Positions 1 to 14,014 are shown, counted from the whole stretch's first letter. The stretch: DNA of 62,846 nt, filler included, from Octopus bimaculoides (GCF_001194135.2; 4 parts of 4 records of this genome joined end to end with filler, not necessarily neighbours in it), one strand, 5' to 3'. The notes: a model not told the origin generated them from the letters alone. Made by a program: numbers and translations.

Positions 1-79
1 TACCGATATCAGTTATCAAGCGATGGTGGAGGGACAAACACAGAAACAAAAATACATACATACATGCATACATATATAT

Positions 80-779
80 ATATGCTCGTTTGGGGTGTCT
101 CCACACGTATACTCGGCTGATGGTCGGAAATAAGGTAAAGGATGACTCGTCTGAGAAAGTAACATTCTTCTACTGCTCTAAGGACCAATTCTGTAGGTTT
201 TTACTCCCCTCTAAACGCTTTGCAATGTTTGCTTTTGAAAGTAGTGGTTTTCTGATTGCAGCCTTCCCCTGAAATCCGGCTTTGTGCAGCTCCCGGCGAA
301 CAGTCTTTGTGGAAACTGGGTTCTCGAGGTGGTCATTAAGCACTGCAGTCGTTTTATGAGTGCTGTTTTTGTGATCGTTTCTAACAATTCGCATAAGAGT
401 CCGACGGTCCCAATCTGAAAGTTTTAGTTTTCTTTTAAAGTTTTGTATTGACGCGTAGGTTTTTCCCTCTTTCTCTTTCTCAAAGGCTGTCATTACTTTC
501 AAGACAGTACTTCTTGATACACGAAATATTTCGGCTGTTTCTGTTACGCTAGCACCTGCCATACGAGCACCAACAATTTGACCTCTTTGAAAGTCCGATA
601 GGTCTGTCATTTTAATGAATTTTAATTACCTTTTCTGATGATATCTGAAAAGAAACAGCAATTTTAGCAAAGCATATTAAGCAACACTAATAATAAATCA
701 AAAACCATAAAAATAAACAAGCCTTTGAGTGTTTTATAGATATGATGCTAGGTGTTTCCATTATTTTGTCCAACCCCTG
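80..779 (-). mobile_element. Tc1-family DNA transposon, 5' part (TIR plus truncated transposase pseudogene)
   Basis: ORF 610..170 [36 protein letters not shown]... is a paired-like HTH N-terminus. Reading through the TAG stop gives KNVTFSDESSFTLF..VYVWR (first catalytic D). The terminal repeat CAGGGGTTGGACAAAATAATGGAAACACC is at 779..751. Truncated into (TA)n near 80. Confidence 0.9.
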
Positions 780-2383
780 NNNNNNNNNNNNNNNNNNNNN
801 NNNNNNNNNNNNNNNNNNNNNNNNNNNNNNNNNNNNNNNNNNNNNNNNNNNNNNNNNNNNNNNNNNNNNNNNNNNNNNNNNNNNNNNNNNNNNNNNNNNN
901 NNNNNNNNNNNNNNNNNNNNNNNNNNNNNNNNNNNNNNNNNNNNNNNNNNNNNNNNNNNNNNNNNNNNNNNNNNNNNNNNNNNNNNNNNNNNNNNNNNNN
1001 NNNNNNNNNNNNNNNNNNNNNNNNNNNNNNNNNNNNNNNNNNNNNNNNNNNNNNNNNNNNNNNNNNNNNNNNNNNNNNNNNNNNNNNNNNNNNNNNNNNN
1101 NNNNNNNNNNNNNNNNNNNNNNNNNNNNNNNNNNNNNNNNNNNNNNNNNNNNNNNNNNNNNNNNNNNNNNNNNNNNNNNNNNNNNNNNNNNNNNNNNNNN
1201 NNNTATATATATATGTTTTATAACTGGTCATGCGAAACTGCCAAACATATTCTCTGCTTTCTTTGGACTGTTTTTGCATGATACTAGATAAGTTATTGCT
1301 GGTCTTTAATTCAACTCTTCTGTGTTTCTTGGAGGAAATCAGGACAGTGTGCAATTTCGCCATTAGTCGTCCGACCATCACAGCATTTCTGGGGCTAAGA
1401 GAGTGAATGACTAAGAAAGAAACGATAAAGAATTTACTTCAGAAAATTACTGGTTATTTGCTTAACGACACAGATAAATTAAAAGCAATGTTAGCCATGA
1501 CTGGTTTTGAGCTCAGACTGCAAAAGCTAGAATATTTACCGATAGACATTTATTTGACGCTCTAAAAATTTTTCCGAAAGACCGGCTGACTAAATCGCTA
1601 GACAACACAATGTATGCATACAAACACTCACATGCACATAAATACACACACACTCACACATATATAAACATATATACATACACACATGTACACACATATA
1701 TAGCATCATGATCTTAAATTTATGTTTTCGCCTGAAGAACGCAGTGACCTGAAACTTGAGTCGCGAGACAAACTGTTTCCATAAAAAGACCATGTCCTCT
1801 AGGACATGTATTTAGAACTCCTGCCTAATTCGTTTGACATAACACAATGTATACTCATAAATATAGATAGAGATACATACATGCATACATACATACATTC
1901 ATACATACATACATACATACATACATACATACATACATACATAGTCTATACACAGGCCCGGCGTGATTACGAGTCTACCAAGTTGCCGCCTGAAGGTGTA
2001 TATCAAGAATAGCAATAAACAGTGACAGTACCAATTCCACTTGGCTAACAGTTAAATGTTGGCTAACAAGCCGTCAGAAATAACAACGCCCTTACCAACA
2101 CCGTTTTCTTACGAGGTGGTTAGAACAGAGAAACTTAGAGAAACCAGGTGTTTTGTGCAGAAGGAAATGAGATAGTCGCCTTAGTTGTAACCCTGGAGCT
2201 ATTATAAAATGTAGAGAGACGTACAAAGCCTTACAAGTTCCTAACCATTTACAGTCTGCGTAGAAAGGTTAATGCATGTATCGGAGAAGTGCTGGAAACT
2301 GGAAAGTGAGGCAGGTAGACAGAGATAGATAGATGGAGAGAGAAAGATAGAGACTGAATGAGAGCGACTGAGAGAGTATGACT

Positions 2384-2422
<39 letters not shown>

Positions 2423-2719
2423 AGAGTGGGGAGAATGAGCGAGATAGAGTGAGTGAGAGAACAACGGGCAGCGATAACGTCTGGCTCCCGTGGAAGCTCC
2501 GGAAATGAATATTTGTGCTGGTATCGTGGACCGGATCATGTCGAAGTCTTCCCAACTACCAGTAATATCTAATCCCCATCCATATGAGTATATGGAAATA
2601 ACATAGAACGTAGAGAGAGACAGAAAGGCTGATAAAAGGAGATAAGAAGCAGAATGATGTATGAGAGCAAAAGGTGTCTAAATCCCCCATAAAAGAACCT
2701 ATTTTGTGGAAGAATCTGA

Positions 2720-3120
2720 TGTTTATAATCATGAGAACATACAAGTTGTAGCCCAAAGCTGTAACCCAACTATTTGCAGCTCGGCAATCTGCAGCCCAGC
2801 AGGTTGCATCCTGGTAAGCTGCAGTAATTTTCCTGTTATCTTACTGGTTACATGAAAGAGGTCACTTATAGGAATGCTCGTTGTTCTCGTTTTTCGACCA
2901 CTCGACGTTGAAGGCTAGTTTGACCATCAGAGTATAACAGCCCTCGAGGGATTTGGCTAGAACCATGAACCTGCTCAAAGTCTAGGATTTGAGTTGTATC
3001 GATTGCTGCTTACGAAGATTCCTTCCTTGGGTTGTCAGGAGAGGTTGAAAGATCAGTTATTCTATGTATCATAGATCGCGTTCCAGGCAAGGCTTCTATG
3101 CACATTGATGAATAGCTGAA
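2720..3120 (-). pseudogene. Ancient RTE-clade LINE RT C-terminal remnant
   Basis: Manual minus-strand translation gives RSLAWNAIYDT*NN*SFNLS*QPKEGIFV and SLEGCYTLMVKLAFNVEW, resembling RTE motifs (KAW..LNKIWKSNLS; LDGCYTRMLRMALNVSW). Many stops and frameshifts. Confidence 0.55.
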
Positions 3121-3737
3121 TTATACAACAAGGAGTCTAAAAAATCTAATGTATTGCCATTATTGTTTTCTTCATGTTTTCAAGCAAATCATGTCTGCAA
3201 TCAATTATGAATAAATACTATTTTATCGCTTCCACTAGGAAGTCATAAAACTGTAGACAAGTCATTTATGAAGATGACGTTTCTTTGTTACATGTATTTC
3301 CGGAATCTCTTCAAGTACTGCTGTAATAGCTACAATAGAAACAGAGGAGATGGGCAACAAAAAACAACGATAAAAAAGCTTTATTGAAATCATAGCTATT
3401 ACTCTGTTTTATAATACAATAATTGAAGTTTAAGTACAATAATGGTTAATTACCCGTAGTTGACGCTATAATCTAGACCGAGTGTGGACATTTTAAGTAA
3501 GTTTATAGGCCTATTTGATATTATAATAATGTTTGTTAATTATACAGAAGACACCGAGACAATGTAGCTTAAAATTACTGCCATGGCGGCTGTGTAGTTG
3601 AAAAGTTGTCTTCGCAGTTACATGGTGAAGCTTTCGGCGATGCTGCGCGGCGTCATCAGCGAATATCTTCTATTATAGTATGATAGAACATCTTTTGTTA
3701 TTTACCACATTGTGCGACTGTAATCTAATAGTAAAAA

Positions 3738-3782
<45 letters not shown>

Positions 3783-3974
3783 TATATATGGATAATCGAT
3801 CGACAAACATCAGACTAGAAACATTCATTTGGATCTATTTATTAATTAATTACAATCATATGCATAAGTAATCAAAATAAAAAAGCAAATAAACAGGTAA
3901 ATAAATAAATAAATAAATAAAAATAAGAATAAATGAGTGAAAAATTAAACTCTTACAGTTGTTTCTACGTTGAA

Positions 3975-5840
3975 GGTGTCTAACTTGTCAATTTTTCCAC
4001 ATCATACCAGTAATGTACAGGTATTGTACAAAGGTTGAACAAACATTGTACAGGGGTTTTGATTACTTATACATATGATTGTAATTGATTCATTAATAGA
4101 TCCAAAATGAATGTTTACAGGCTGATGTTTGTCGATTGATTATCCTTTCCATTTTCTTATTTGTCTTATAAATTCTGGATAAATTTCTGCTTTACCCCCC
4201 ACTTAGTCTCTTCCCAAGCTGTTACAGTACTGAGTCGATATTCTAGATGGAGAAGATGGGATCCTTGGTATTATGCAGTGCCATCTACTTCGATGGTTTC
4301 TATAACTTTTAATTCCAAATCTGGGAGCTAAAAATATCAAAATCTTTCACACGTATATCACTACATATCTTTCATCCTTTCTCTCTAGAGATTCATTTCT
4401 CTTAGTTTCTCCCAGTAGCTCATCTGTTGCATCGGCTCAATCTTCTGACTGTAATGACGATGGATTGCCTTGAGTTCCGCCATCAGTCCAATGCTCTGCG
4501 ATGACCATAGTTGCGAGCAGTAATCCACATACTCGCTTGCACAATGTTACCATCTTAGTAACATGCACACAAAATGTGGCATCATTATTCATGTGGATTT
4601 CCTGATCACCCACCGACTCTGATCTGGAATTGCACAACACCCTGGTCCTGTGAATTCCTATTGTAGTCTGTTTGTGGGTCGATAGTGGGGTTCTTGAACG
4701 TTTCAGCTTTGAACTGCATGTTATTTTCATCAGCCCACATGTATATCACATTCAGGTCCTTCCACAGTTTAGAATGTCATCAGGGTCTTTGAATGCCTGC
4801 GATACTTTTGTATCAACAGCATAGCTGGTGAGTGTCGCTGACTGTATGGCTGATGGTATGTTTGAGTGAACCACCACACACAGTAGTATTCATGTACAGT
4901 TCCTTGAAGGAATCTGCTAAAAATTGCTGTTTCTTCAGAGAGGGCACCATTGCCTGAACTTTTCTGACTTCTGTCTTTTAAAATGTCATGCAACTATATT
5001 CATAATTTTCTAGCGATACCAAAGTCACGTAGTTTGTGACATATCATCCGATGATCAAGTTTGTCGAAAGCCTTGGCAAATTCGAGATATATCACATACA
5101 CATTTGAGTGGTTGAGCTGTTGCTTCAGTACCCATTCATAAAGGTCTAGTAGCTGTGTGAGATAGCTCATCTCTGGATGGGAGTTGCATGTTTGTGAGCA
5201 AGTTATTTTCTTCCAGGAACGTGATCACTTTCTTTAGGTCACAGAGAAAGGCTTGTACTATTTAACAATTATTCTACATCCTCCTCCATAAAGGACATAT
5301 TATTTCTTCTTTTAACATTTTGGCAAGTTTATCACATGCAAGGATAGTTTGAAACGGTTTCTGCAGTGGTTTTGCAAGTGTTTCCTTGCATGTCTTCAAA
5401 AGAACAGCTGGAAATCCATCTGGTGACGTTGCTGAGTTCGAGTTCATCTTCTCAATAGCTGATAATACATCTTCCTCTTTTATGTTGATGTAACCAATGG
5501 TTGCGTCTTTCCTATATAGATTTGTGGTGTTGAAGAACTCATGAGGCTTGCTTGTTTGTATGTTTTCTAGTGGGGACTTGAAGACACTTCAGTTATCTTC
5601 CAGGAGTCTGCAGCTAGTGAGCCGTCTTCTTCAAACAATGATCCTACCTTGTAATGTATCGAGGCATACACTTTCGCAAACTTGAAGAAGAATTTAGGAT
5701 TCGTTTTTCTATTTTCCACCATCCAGGATTTTCTTTCCTTAATTTTTCATGGAAGAGTCTGAGTACGCCTCTTTGATGAAGGATTTATTGCAACCATTTA
5801 GTTCTTTATTTAGACGATTGGAGACTCAGTTCGCGGGAAA
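3975..5840 (-). mobile_element. CR1/L2-like non-LTR retrotransposon, degenerate RT region
   Basis: Minus-strand peptides KTNPKFFFKFAK (~5700), VIYLEFAKAFDKLDH (~5060-5095), FLQGTV (GVPQG-like, ~4900) and SYAVDTK at 4826-4806 (YADD mutated). Multiple stops. Confidence 0.8.
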
Positions 5841-5854
5841 ATGTGTGATTGCAT

Positions 5855-5945
<91 letters not shown>

Positions 5946-6546
5946 ATGTTTACAGGGGTAAAGTGGTGTATCGAAACAGGTCTCTTTCTGACAAAAACGC
6001 AACCAATCGATTTGACAGAGATCGCTAAACTATGTTCTTAAGCGTCGATGTAGCCAATCAATACACACGGAGGTGGTGGTGACGCAGAAACGCCTCATTA
6101 GAATGACTTAAATCATTTAGAAATACTAGTTTGTAGTTGTCCTTGATATCATTATGAATTAGTTTTCGTACTGCATAAAGTCTGATTCTAGTGCTGCACA
6201 CTTTCCTACTAAAATCGAGTTCATATCACTTAAGAATGTCGTAATGCAATTTTTAAACTCAAATATCGCTACCATTATCCTGAAAGAAGTCAAAAGTAAA
6301 AGACCTCATGCCACTAAAATGATAGCTGGAAAAATTCTTTCAAGAAATATCTGAAAAAACAGTTATACATGGATGAATTTTGGCATACAACTCCCTTTAC
6401 GAGTGGGCTACAGTATCTTACGTCATAACTTGAAAGATTACGCCAGGTGACGCTATTAAGTTAGATATAACCTAGGCTACAATATAGCTATACTTCCATA
6501 CACATACATAACATACATACGTACATACATGCACATACGTACAATG

Positions 6547-6577
<31 letters not shown>

Positions 6578-7457
6578 AATTATATATTCAGATTTGTGAA
6601 TATATATTTTCAAACATATGTATGTGAGTGTATGCATACATATATGTATGTATACATATATGTATGTATACATATTTCTACCTATACGTGAACGTGTGTG
6701 TACCTATCTCAATACATAGAAATATCTATATATAATTATGTTTCTGTGTGTGTGTTTATACATGTCTGCGTGTACATCTGTGTAATTCCCTCCTCCCGTC
6801 TCCACACAAAAAAATTCCCACCTCAGAGGTAAGAAACCATTCATAGATGTATTTCCGCCTACCGACATAGGCAGACAGAATGTTTTCTAAAGAAACCACA
6901 CAGGAGAATTAACTTAACAGAAACCCATTCTCACTTGGTTAACTATATTGATTTCTTTAGATTTAAGCTATATTTCAGTCTCTGGCAGTTTTCCTTCTAT
7001 TCTCTTGCTATATTATTCTTTGTGCTTTTTTTTTTTTAATATATTTTCTTTTTTCTTCTCTTTTATTGTATTCTTCTTCCTTTTCTTATTTGATTTTTTA
7101 AATATATCATCATCATCATCATCATTATTATTATTAGATTTTTTTTTCAATAAATTCTGGAAATTGATTCTTCTCGTCAGAAATCTCGATAGTTTTTTTG
7201 TCAATAGTAGAGATACTTGTCTAATTATCAAAAGCCGCTATGTCCTCTGCAATTCTTGTTAAGTATCTATTCTTCTAAAAGACGAAGCGATAAATTGCTG
7301 AATAGAATAGTGGAGTAATAACAACAAGCTCAAAAACAGCAGCAAAAACAATGATAATGATGATAATAATAATATTAATAAGAGTAGGGATAATAAAGAA
7401 AAAAATAAGAATAAGAATGGACGATAATGATGATGATAATGATAATAATAGTCAACG

Positions 7458-7620
7458 AAAGAAGAAGAAGAAGAAGAAGAAGAAGAAGAAGAAGAAGAAG
7501 AAGAAGAAGAAGAAGAAGAAGAAGAAGAAGAAGAAGAAGAAGAAGAAGAAGAAGAAGAAGAAGAAGCAGAAGAAGAAGAAGCAGAAGAAGAAGAAGCAGA
7601 AGAAGAAGAAGAAGAAGAAC
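7458..7620. repeat. (AAG)n microsatellite
   Basis: Long near-perfect AAG run with a few CAG interruptions. Confidence 0.98.
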
Positions 7621-7974
7621 GAAAGAAGAAAATATAAGTTGAATGAATTTTATCGTCTCTAATTTATAGCTCTGTTTCACACGAAGATTCTAAGAATTAA
7701 TCTTTCGCGATAAAAATGTATGAATAAAAAAGGAAGACAAAAATATCGAATTTCAGGACAGATTTGTCTTTAGCCACAGGCCGGTTTCCATCCAATAATT
7801 TAGTGTACTGCATGAATCGTTTGTGATATGCTGACTTTGTATTGCGTGCTGTGTTGCGATGCGTTTGTATTTATTCTGTTATGTGATACACGTTGTAATA
7901 AGTGGTGAGCTTAATACTATACTGTGTTGTTATATTGAGTTGTGTTCTGCCTTGTTGGCGTTTCAGCGTATCTG

Positions 7975-8240
7975 GGTGCTTAGGAAGTTCTTTTCACAAC
8001 TAAGAGGTCTCGGCTTCGATCCTGCTAAAGTACATGGATTCTTGGGAAGTGTCAATTTCTATGGAATCCAATTGGATAGATTTTACGTGTTATGCAAAGG
8101 TAAAGCTTTGTTACACACTGATTGTGCCTGATCATTTCGTTAAAAAGTTACATTTGTCTGTGGAATACTCGGTCATTTGCACGTTAATTTGAGAACGAGT
8201 AATTCAGTGGATCGAGCCACTAAATCCTCATTGTTGAACG
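7975..8240 (+). mobile_element. Old diverged copy of the tRNA-headed SINE seen at 16942-17328
   Basis: B-box-like GGCTTCGATCC at ~8011. The 3' segment CATTTGCACGTTAATTTGAGAACGAG matches CACTTGCACGTTAATTTCACGAG of the 17-kb copy. Confidence 0.55.
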
Positions 8241-8407
8241 CCGGAGATCCATCCATCCATTTTCCCTTCCATCCATCTGTCCGTCCGTCCATCTGTCAGA
8301 TACTGCTTGCCCGTCTCCATATTAGCGCATTGGTAAATCCAGTTTGTACATGTCAAACTGTTGTAGACATTTGAGTAGGTGTGCAAAGCTTTTGCACCAT
8401 CCCTCTC

Positions 8408-8490
8408 CTATCAGCTATCCACTCATATCAGCTGTCCACTGATATCAGCTATCCACTTATATCAGCTATCCAGTCATATCAGCTATCCAA
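8408..8490 (+). repeat. Minisatellite, ~5 copies of a 15-19 bp unit (ATCAGCTATCCACTCAT-like)
   Basis: Directly visible tandem repeats of atcagct[a/g]tcca. Confidence 0.85.
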
Positions 8491-8950
8491 TCGTGCACTC
8501 AAGATGACATTCCAATCGCAAACTGTCACAAATGAGCACGATATTCCGAGGAAAATCTCTAGCTGCCTTAAGAAATCTTGCTACCTCACCCTTGTCAGTG
8601 CATAGACAGCTAATAGTCTGAAGGGAGCAACTTAGCTGATGTTCACGTCCAGAGCCAACAGTTTCCTGCTAGAGTTAGGAAAGTCGACCGTGTCTCGAGA
8701 CCCGAGGCTTTGCAAATCAGCACTGCTACTATTGCAGGTCGGCTCAGGAATGTGTAGATCTCTCAAATTCGTCAAAAATTGGGGCATAGCATATTTTAGA
8801 AATCCTGGTTTGTCTGATGTCTATCACATTCACAGTTAGTAAGCTGATGTCAATGAGTTTGCGTTCCTGCTTCCAAGGTAACCATAGGCCACAGTCTCTT
8901 TTGTAGTCTGATCGTAAAGCTGCCATGTTGGAAAAGAAGAAAGGGAAGAA
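8480..8950 (-). pseudogene. L1/Tx1-like AP-endonuclease remnant (ORF2 N-terminus)
   Basis: Minus-strand translation gives LLTVNVIDIRQTRISK (QET-like) and LDVNIS*VAPFRLLAVYAL..QDFLRQLEIFLG..VCDWNVILSARLD (AVYAP and GDWN motifs). Confidence 0.65.
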
Positions 8951-9829
8951 CACCTATCTTCGAGGTAAGAAAATACGGTAACCTACCGCAATTCTATTTC
9001 TGTTGGCAGTCAGGTGTATCAAAATCCTTTCTGTATGTGGTTCGTTAGCGAAATTCTGAAGTAGACGTTTCAAAGCCGTGATGCTGGATTTCCTAAAGAC
9101 ACGTAGGGAATTTTTCTCATTTTCCAATATCTTTCTATTGACAGCCTTACAGCTTTCAGGTACTTTGAGGCTCTCACTTTGCTTTTATTGAAAGTCTGCT
9201 CCTCTCTCCCAATGTTTTCACTTTGTAATGCACGATATACATTGTACATTTTCTACTTTCAAATCCAAGTTGCAAATACTTGAAATTTGTTGTAATCGTG
9301 GATAGGTTTGTGCATTTTAATGTTGTTGCTGTTCTGCTTGTTGCAGGGTTTATGTTTTGCCTGCTGGTTTTCTTCTTGTGTGTTCATTATTATTTCGTAT
9401 GTTTATTTTCTGTGTTGTTGTTGCTAGAGGTAGCGTTGTTTGGGGGGGGGGGGGTCGATGTAGACTTGAGAGTAAGGACATATTTCTTTGTGTGTGTATG
9501 TGTGTGTGAGTGCGTGTGTGTATGTGCATGTGTGCACCTGTGTATGTTCGCACATGTAGGACTGAAGGAATAGGAATAAAGAGAGAAAGAGAGAGAGAGC
9601 TAGTTGAGATATCCTTTTGTTATTGCAAACATTATCAGCCACCTTATAGGAGCGAGCTAGTAGAACCGTTAGAGAATCGGAAAAGATGCATGGTATCCGT
9701 GTTATGTCTTGAGTTCAAATTCCGCCGGGTCAACTTTGTAGGTACTGATGCTGTTGTGAAAGTTGGTACAGACTTTGTTATCCTAATATTTTTTCGCAGC
9801 AGTTAATGTCGCTCCTGCATCATTAATTG

Positions 9830-10200
9830 TATACTGTTTTTATTGTTATAGCGATTGTGTCGGAGGTAAAGACTTCTTCCTATCTCCTTTTCTATTTTGG
9901 TTGTGTGCGAGAAAATCTTTAAGACCGTCAGTTCTTCCACATAGGTTTCACCTTGGCTGTCTGCCCTGCCCCCACCCCGTAATTAGTTGTAGTTTTGCCC
10001 AATTCGGCAAAAAAGGTGCTCTGGATCTTTTCCTGATGCTTAGACATTACAAGGTGGAGGACCACCAGTGTGGTCTCAAAATGGTTCTCGCCTCGTTTTC
10101 TGCACATTCAATAAAGTCTCGCTCCCTTCCAACACTATGCATGCCAATATTCACCAGAAATCTGGTCCTGGTTGGAACCTCGTTTTTGTTAACTTTATCG
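9830..10200 (-). pseudogene. Possible ORF1 (gag-like zinc-knuckle) remnant of the same L1/Tx1-like element
   Basis: Minus-strand GRQPR*NLCGRT resembles GRxPRCxxCG knuckles, and it lies upstream of the endonuclease remnant. Weak similarity only. Confidence 0.3.
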
Positions 10201-10204
10201 TCTC

Positions 10205-10347
10205 TCTTTCCAAATAAGTGGCGAAAATAGATCGTACTGGTACTTAATTTATCGACCCCGAAAGGATGAAAGGCAAAATCGACCCCAGCGGAATTTGAAC
10301 TTAGAACATAGCGACGGACGAAATACTACTAAGCATTTCACGCGGCA
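10205..10347 (-). mobile_element. SINE family A (head GGCGGTGAGCTGGCAGAA), partial
   Basis: Reverse complement of the core GAGTTCAAATTCCGC..GTCGA..TTGCCTTTCATCCTTTCGGGGTCGATAAATTAAGTACCAG shared by more than 20 copies in the window. Confidence 0.85.
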
Positions 10348-10360
10348 CGCTAACGATCGA

Positions 10361-10424
<64 letters not shown>

Positions 10425-11547
10425 NNNNNNNNNNNNNNNNNNNNNNNNNNNNNNNNNNNNNNNNNNNNNNNNNNNNNNNNNNNNNNNNNNNNNNNNNNNN
10501 NNNNNNNNNNNNNNNNNNNNNNNNNNNNNNNNNNNNNNNNNNNNNNNNNNNNNNNNNNNNNNNNNNNNNNNNNNNNNNNNNNNNNNNNNNNNNNNNNNNN
10601 NNNNNNNNNNNNNNNNNNNNNNNNNNNNNNNNNNNNNNNNNNNNNNNNNNNNNNNNNNNNNNNNNNNNNNNNNNNNNNNNNNNNNNNNNNNNNNNNNNNN
10701 NNNNNNNNNNNNNNNNNNNNNNNNNNNNNNNNNNNNNNNNNNNNNNNNNNNNNNNNNNNNNNNNNNNNNNNNNNNNNNNNNNNNNNNNNNNNNNNNNNNN
10801 NNNNNNNNNNNNNNNNNNNNNNNNNNNNNNNNNNNNNNNNNNNNNNNNNNNNNNNNNNNNNNNNNNNNNNNNNNNNNNNNNNNNNNNNNNNNNNNNNNNN
10901 NNNNNNNNNNNNNNNNNNNNNNNNNNNNNNNNNNNNNNNNNNNNNNNNNNNNNNNNNNNNNNNNNNNNNNNNNNNNNNNNNNNNNNNNNNNNNNNNNNNN
11001 NNNNNNNNNNNNNNNNNNNNNNNNNNNNNNNNNNNNNNNNNNNNNNNNNNNNNNNNNNNNNNNNNNNNNNNNNNNNNNNNNNNNNNNNNNNNNNNNNNNN
11101 NNNNNNNNNNNNNNNNNNNNNNNNNNNNNNNNNNTATATATATATATATATATATATGTATACACATACATACACATAAACACACCCACACACAAACACA
11201 CACACATATATATATATATATGCATGTATGTAGTTATACATGTATATGAATATTTATAAATGAATAAATAGATCTGTGTATGTGGTGTTGGGAGTGTATA
11301 CGCTTATGTTTTTATACACGCGTACTCATGTACACACGCACACACACATGCACACACACATGCACACACACATGCACACACACATGCACACACACAATCA
11401 TGGTTGAATTGAAAATTTTAAATCAATTCATATTGTAATTTTGTCTAAAACGTATTTATATTTGGAAAACTTTTATGCACATAGACACGTATATACATAC
11501 ATACATATAGATATAGGCACACACACACACACACACACACTCACACT

Positions 11548-11583
<36 letters not shown>

Positions 11584-12124
11584 CACACATATATATATAC
11601 ATACATAAACATATATATATAAACATATTCATCTATCTATCTATCTATCTATCTATAATACAAACGCATATACAGACCTGTATATTAATATACGTACACA
11701 TACACTAAAACACACAATTTGTGTGTCTGTCTATGTCTTCGTGCATTGTTGTGTGACTATATGCATAGCTATCTGTGTATGTGTGTGTGTGTTTGTGTAT
11801 GCACGTGTGCACGCAGGGGTGTGTGAGTGCGTGCTATTTTTCTCTTTTCAAGAAGAATGATAACGTCATATTTTCTGAAATTACCAAATCGAAAAAATAT
11901 CGACTGTTCCCACCTAATTATTTTTCTTGCATACCTTTTTATTGCTGTTATACAACTTTCTTTTACTCGACTTTATTATTCCTCTTACTCTCCCCCATCT
12001 TAATTGACAAGCTGCATCTCCTTACGCTGCATTCCGTTTCTATAGTAACACTTTGCAAGAAGCACTACAATAATATTAATAGCAATAATAATCATACAAG
12101 TAAAAATAAATGATACAATAATAG

Positions 12125-12335
12125 ATTCAAATTTTGGCACAAGGCCAGCAATTTCGATGGAGGGATAATTCGATTAAGTCAACCCAAGTACTTAACTGGT
12201 AATTATTTTATCAACTCCAAAAAGAGATAAAAGCTTAAATCAACTTTTGCGGAATTTGAGCTCAGAAAGCAGAGACGGGCGAAATGCCGTTAAGCACGTT
12301 GCCCATTCTGCTAACGATTCTGCCAGCTCACCGCC

Positions 12336-12382
<47 letters not shown>

Positions 12383-12600
12383 TACAATAATAATAATAAT
12401 CCTTTCAAATAAAGGCACAAGGCCTGAAATTTTGGGGGAGGGGAATAGTCAGTTACATCTACTCCAGTGTTTCACTGGTACTTAATTTAACAACCCCGAA
12501 AGTATGAAAAGCAAAGTCGACCTCGGCGGAATATGAACTCAGAACGTAGCAACGCCGCTAAGCATTTTGTTCAGTGCGCTAACGATTCTGCCAGCTTTAG
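12125..12600 (-). mobile_element. Two family A SINE copies separated by (AAT)n
   Basis: 12125-12338 and ~12400-12597 both carry the family A core in reverse orientation. (AAT)n lies at ~12339-12400. Confidence 0.85.
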
Positions 12601-13060
12601 CTCCGTTTTGTTTTAGCACAGGGACTCTAGCCTTGACAACGCAACCCTCATCCTTCACCTTGAAGAAATAGTCGAAGTAATTGTTGCTGCAAGCACGTTG
12701 GCCACAATGGCACTTCTAACTGCCTCTTCTAGTTTACTAACTTGCACTTCTGCTGATATATTTCTGCCTATTACGTGCTTTTCACTAAATACTATTGACT
12801 GAAATTAAATTGCCCACTTCAGGATTTCTCACTACCTTCTATTGACTATTGTTTATGTCAAATGCATCTTAACTATCTCTCTAATCTGGTCTCTATAGCT
12901 TTTTCTCGTCAGGAAAGACTCTGCCTAGGAGAGTGACATCTGATCGGTTGCTGCAGCTTCTTATCTGCGTAGATTGGCATATACCATGTAAGTTTCACCT
13001 GATCACTCCCTGCAACTTAGAAAATGTTGGTAATTATCATCATCATCATCATTATTATTG

Positions 13061-13428
13061 TCCGTCTTTACGTTCTGACTTCAATTTCCGCCGATGTTGA
13101 CTTAACCTTCTATCGTTTTGGGGTCGATAAAATAAGTATCAGCTGAACACTGGGTTGATTTAATCGACTTGGCCCCTCCTCTAAAACCGCTGGCTTTGTG
13201 CCAAAATTTGAAACAAATATATTGATTTCAAATTTTGGCACAAGGCCAACTGTTTCGGGGAGGGGATGAGTCGATTACATCAGTTCAATTGGTACTTATT
13301 TTATCGACCCCGAGATCATGAAAGACAAAGTTAACGTTGGTAGAATTTGAACTCAGATTGTAAAGATGGATCAAATGCCACTAAGCATTTCGCCCGGTAT
13401 GCTAACGATTTTCCCAGTTCGCCGCCTT
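13061..13428. mobile_element. Tail-to-tail pair of family A SINEs (+ 13061-13214, - 13225-13428)
   Basis: Centre reads GTGCCAAAATTTGAAAC-aaatatattg-ATTTCAAATTTTGGCAC, and both arms carry the family A core. Confidence 0.85.
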
Positions 13429-14014
13429 ATTTGCGATTAATATATTACAGACTATAATACAGTAGACAAACTTTTCATTAGGTGAGTTCATGTATCAATA
13501 TCGAATACCGAAAGGAGATTATAAATTTCATATACTCCACAGTGGGGTTAGATGCCATGCAATTGTATTCCTGTTTATGGGATATTCATAGATTTAGGAG
13601 GCATTTAGTTATGCGAGTTCATGCACTGATTTGAAATTGTGCAAAGTTAAATTTTGCCTTTCATACTACCAGTAATCGATAAATTACTATTCGAGAACCG
13701 GGATTCAGCGTAAACCGACAATATCCGCTACAAAACGTGTGAGATCTTGTAGCTAAGTTAGAATTCAATATAATTTATGCGAAGGGTTCTGAATCTGTTA
13801 TAGCTCAATGCGCTTTTACTGAATGGCATTTCCAAAACAGCAATAATAATGTTTTCTACTGTAGGTACATGGACTGACTGAAATTTTAGTGGTGGGGTTA
13901 GTTGATCATAACAACCCCAGTATACGACTGGTATTTTAGCGACCCAATAACGATGACAAGCTAAGTCGAACTCGGCATAATTTGAGCTCAGAATCTAAAC
14001 ACTCTCTCCAGCAA

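Noticed and set aside
3945-3975. Hammerhead 3' half (GAAACAACTGTAAGAGT, minus strand)
   Set aside because: No CTGANGA or stem II nearby, so at most a truncated PLE end.
12620-13015. RTE-type RT remnant on the minus strand
   Set aside because: Only vague similarity by eye, with no diagnostic motif recovered.
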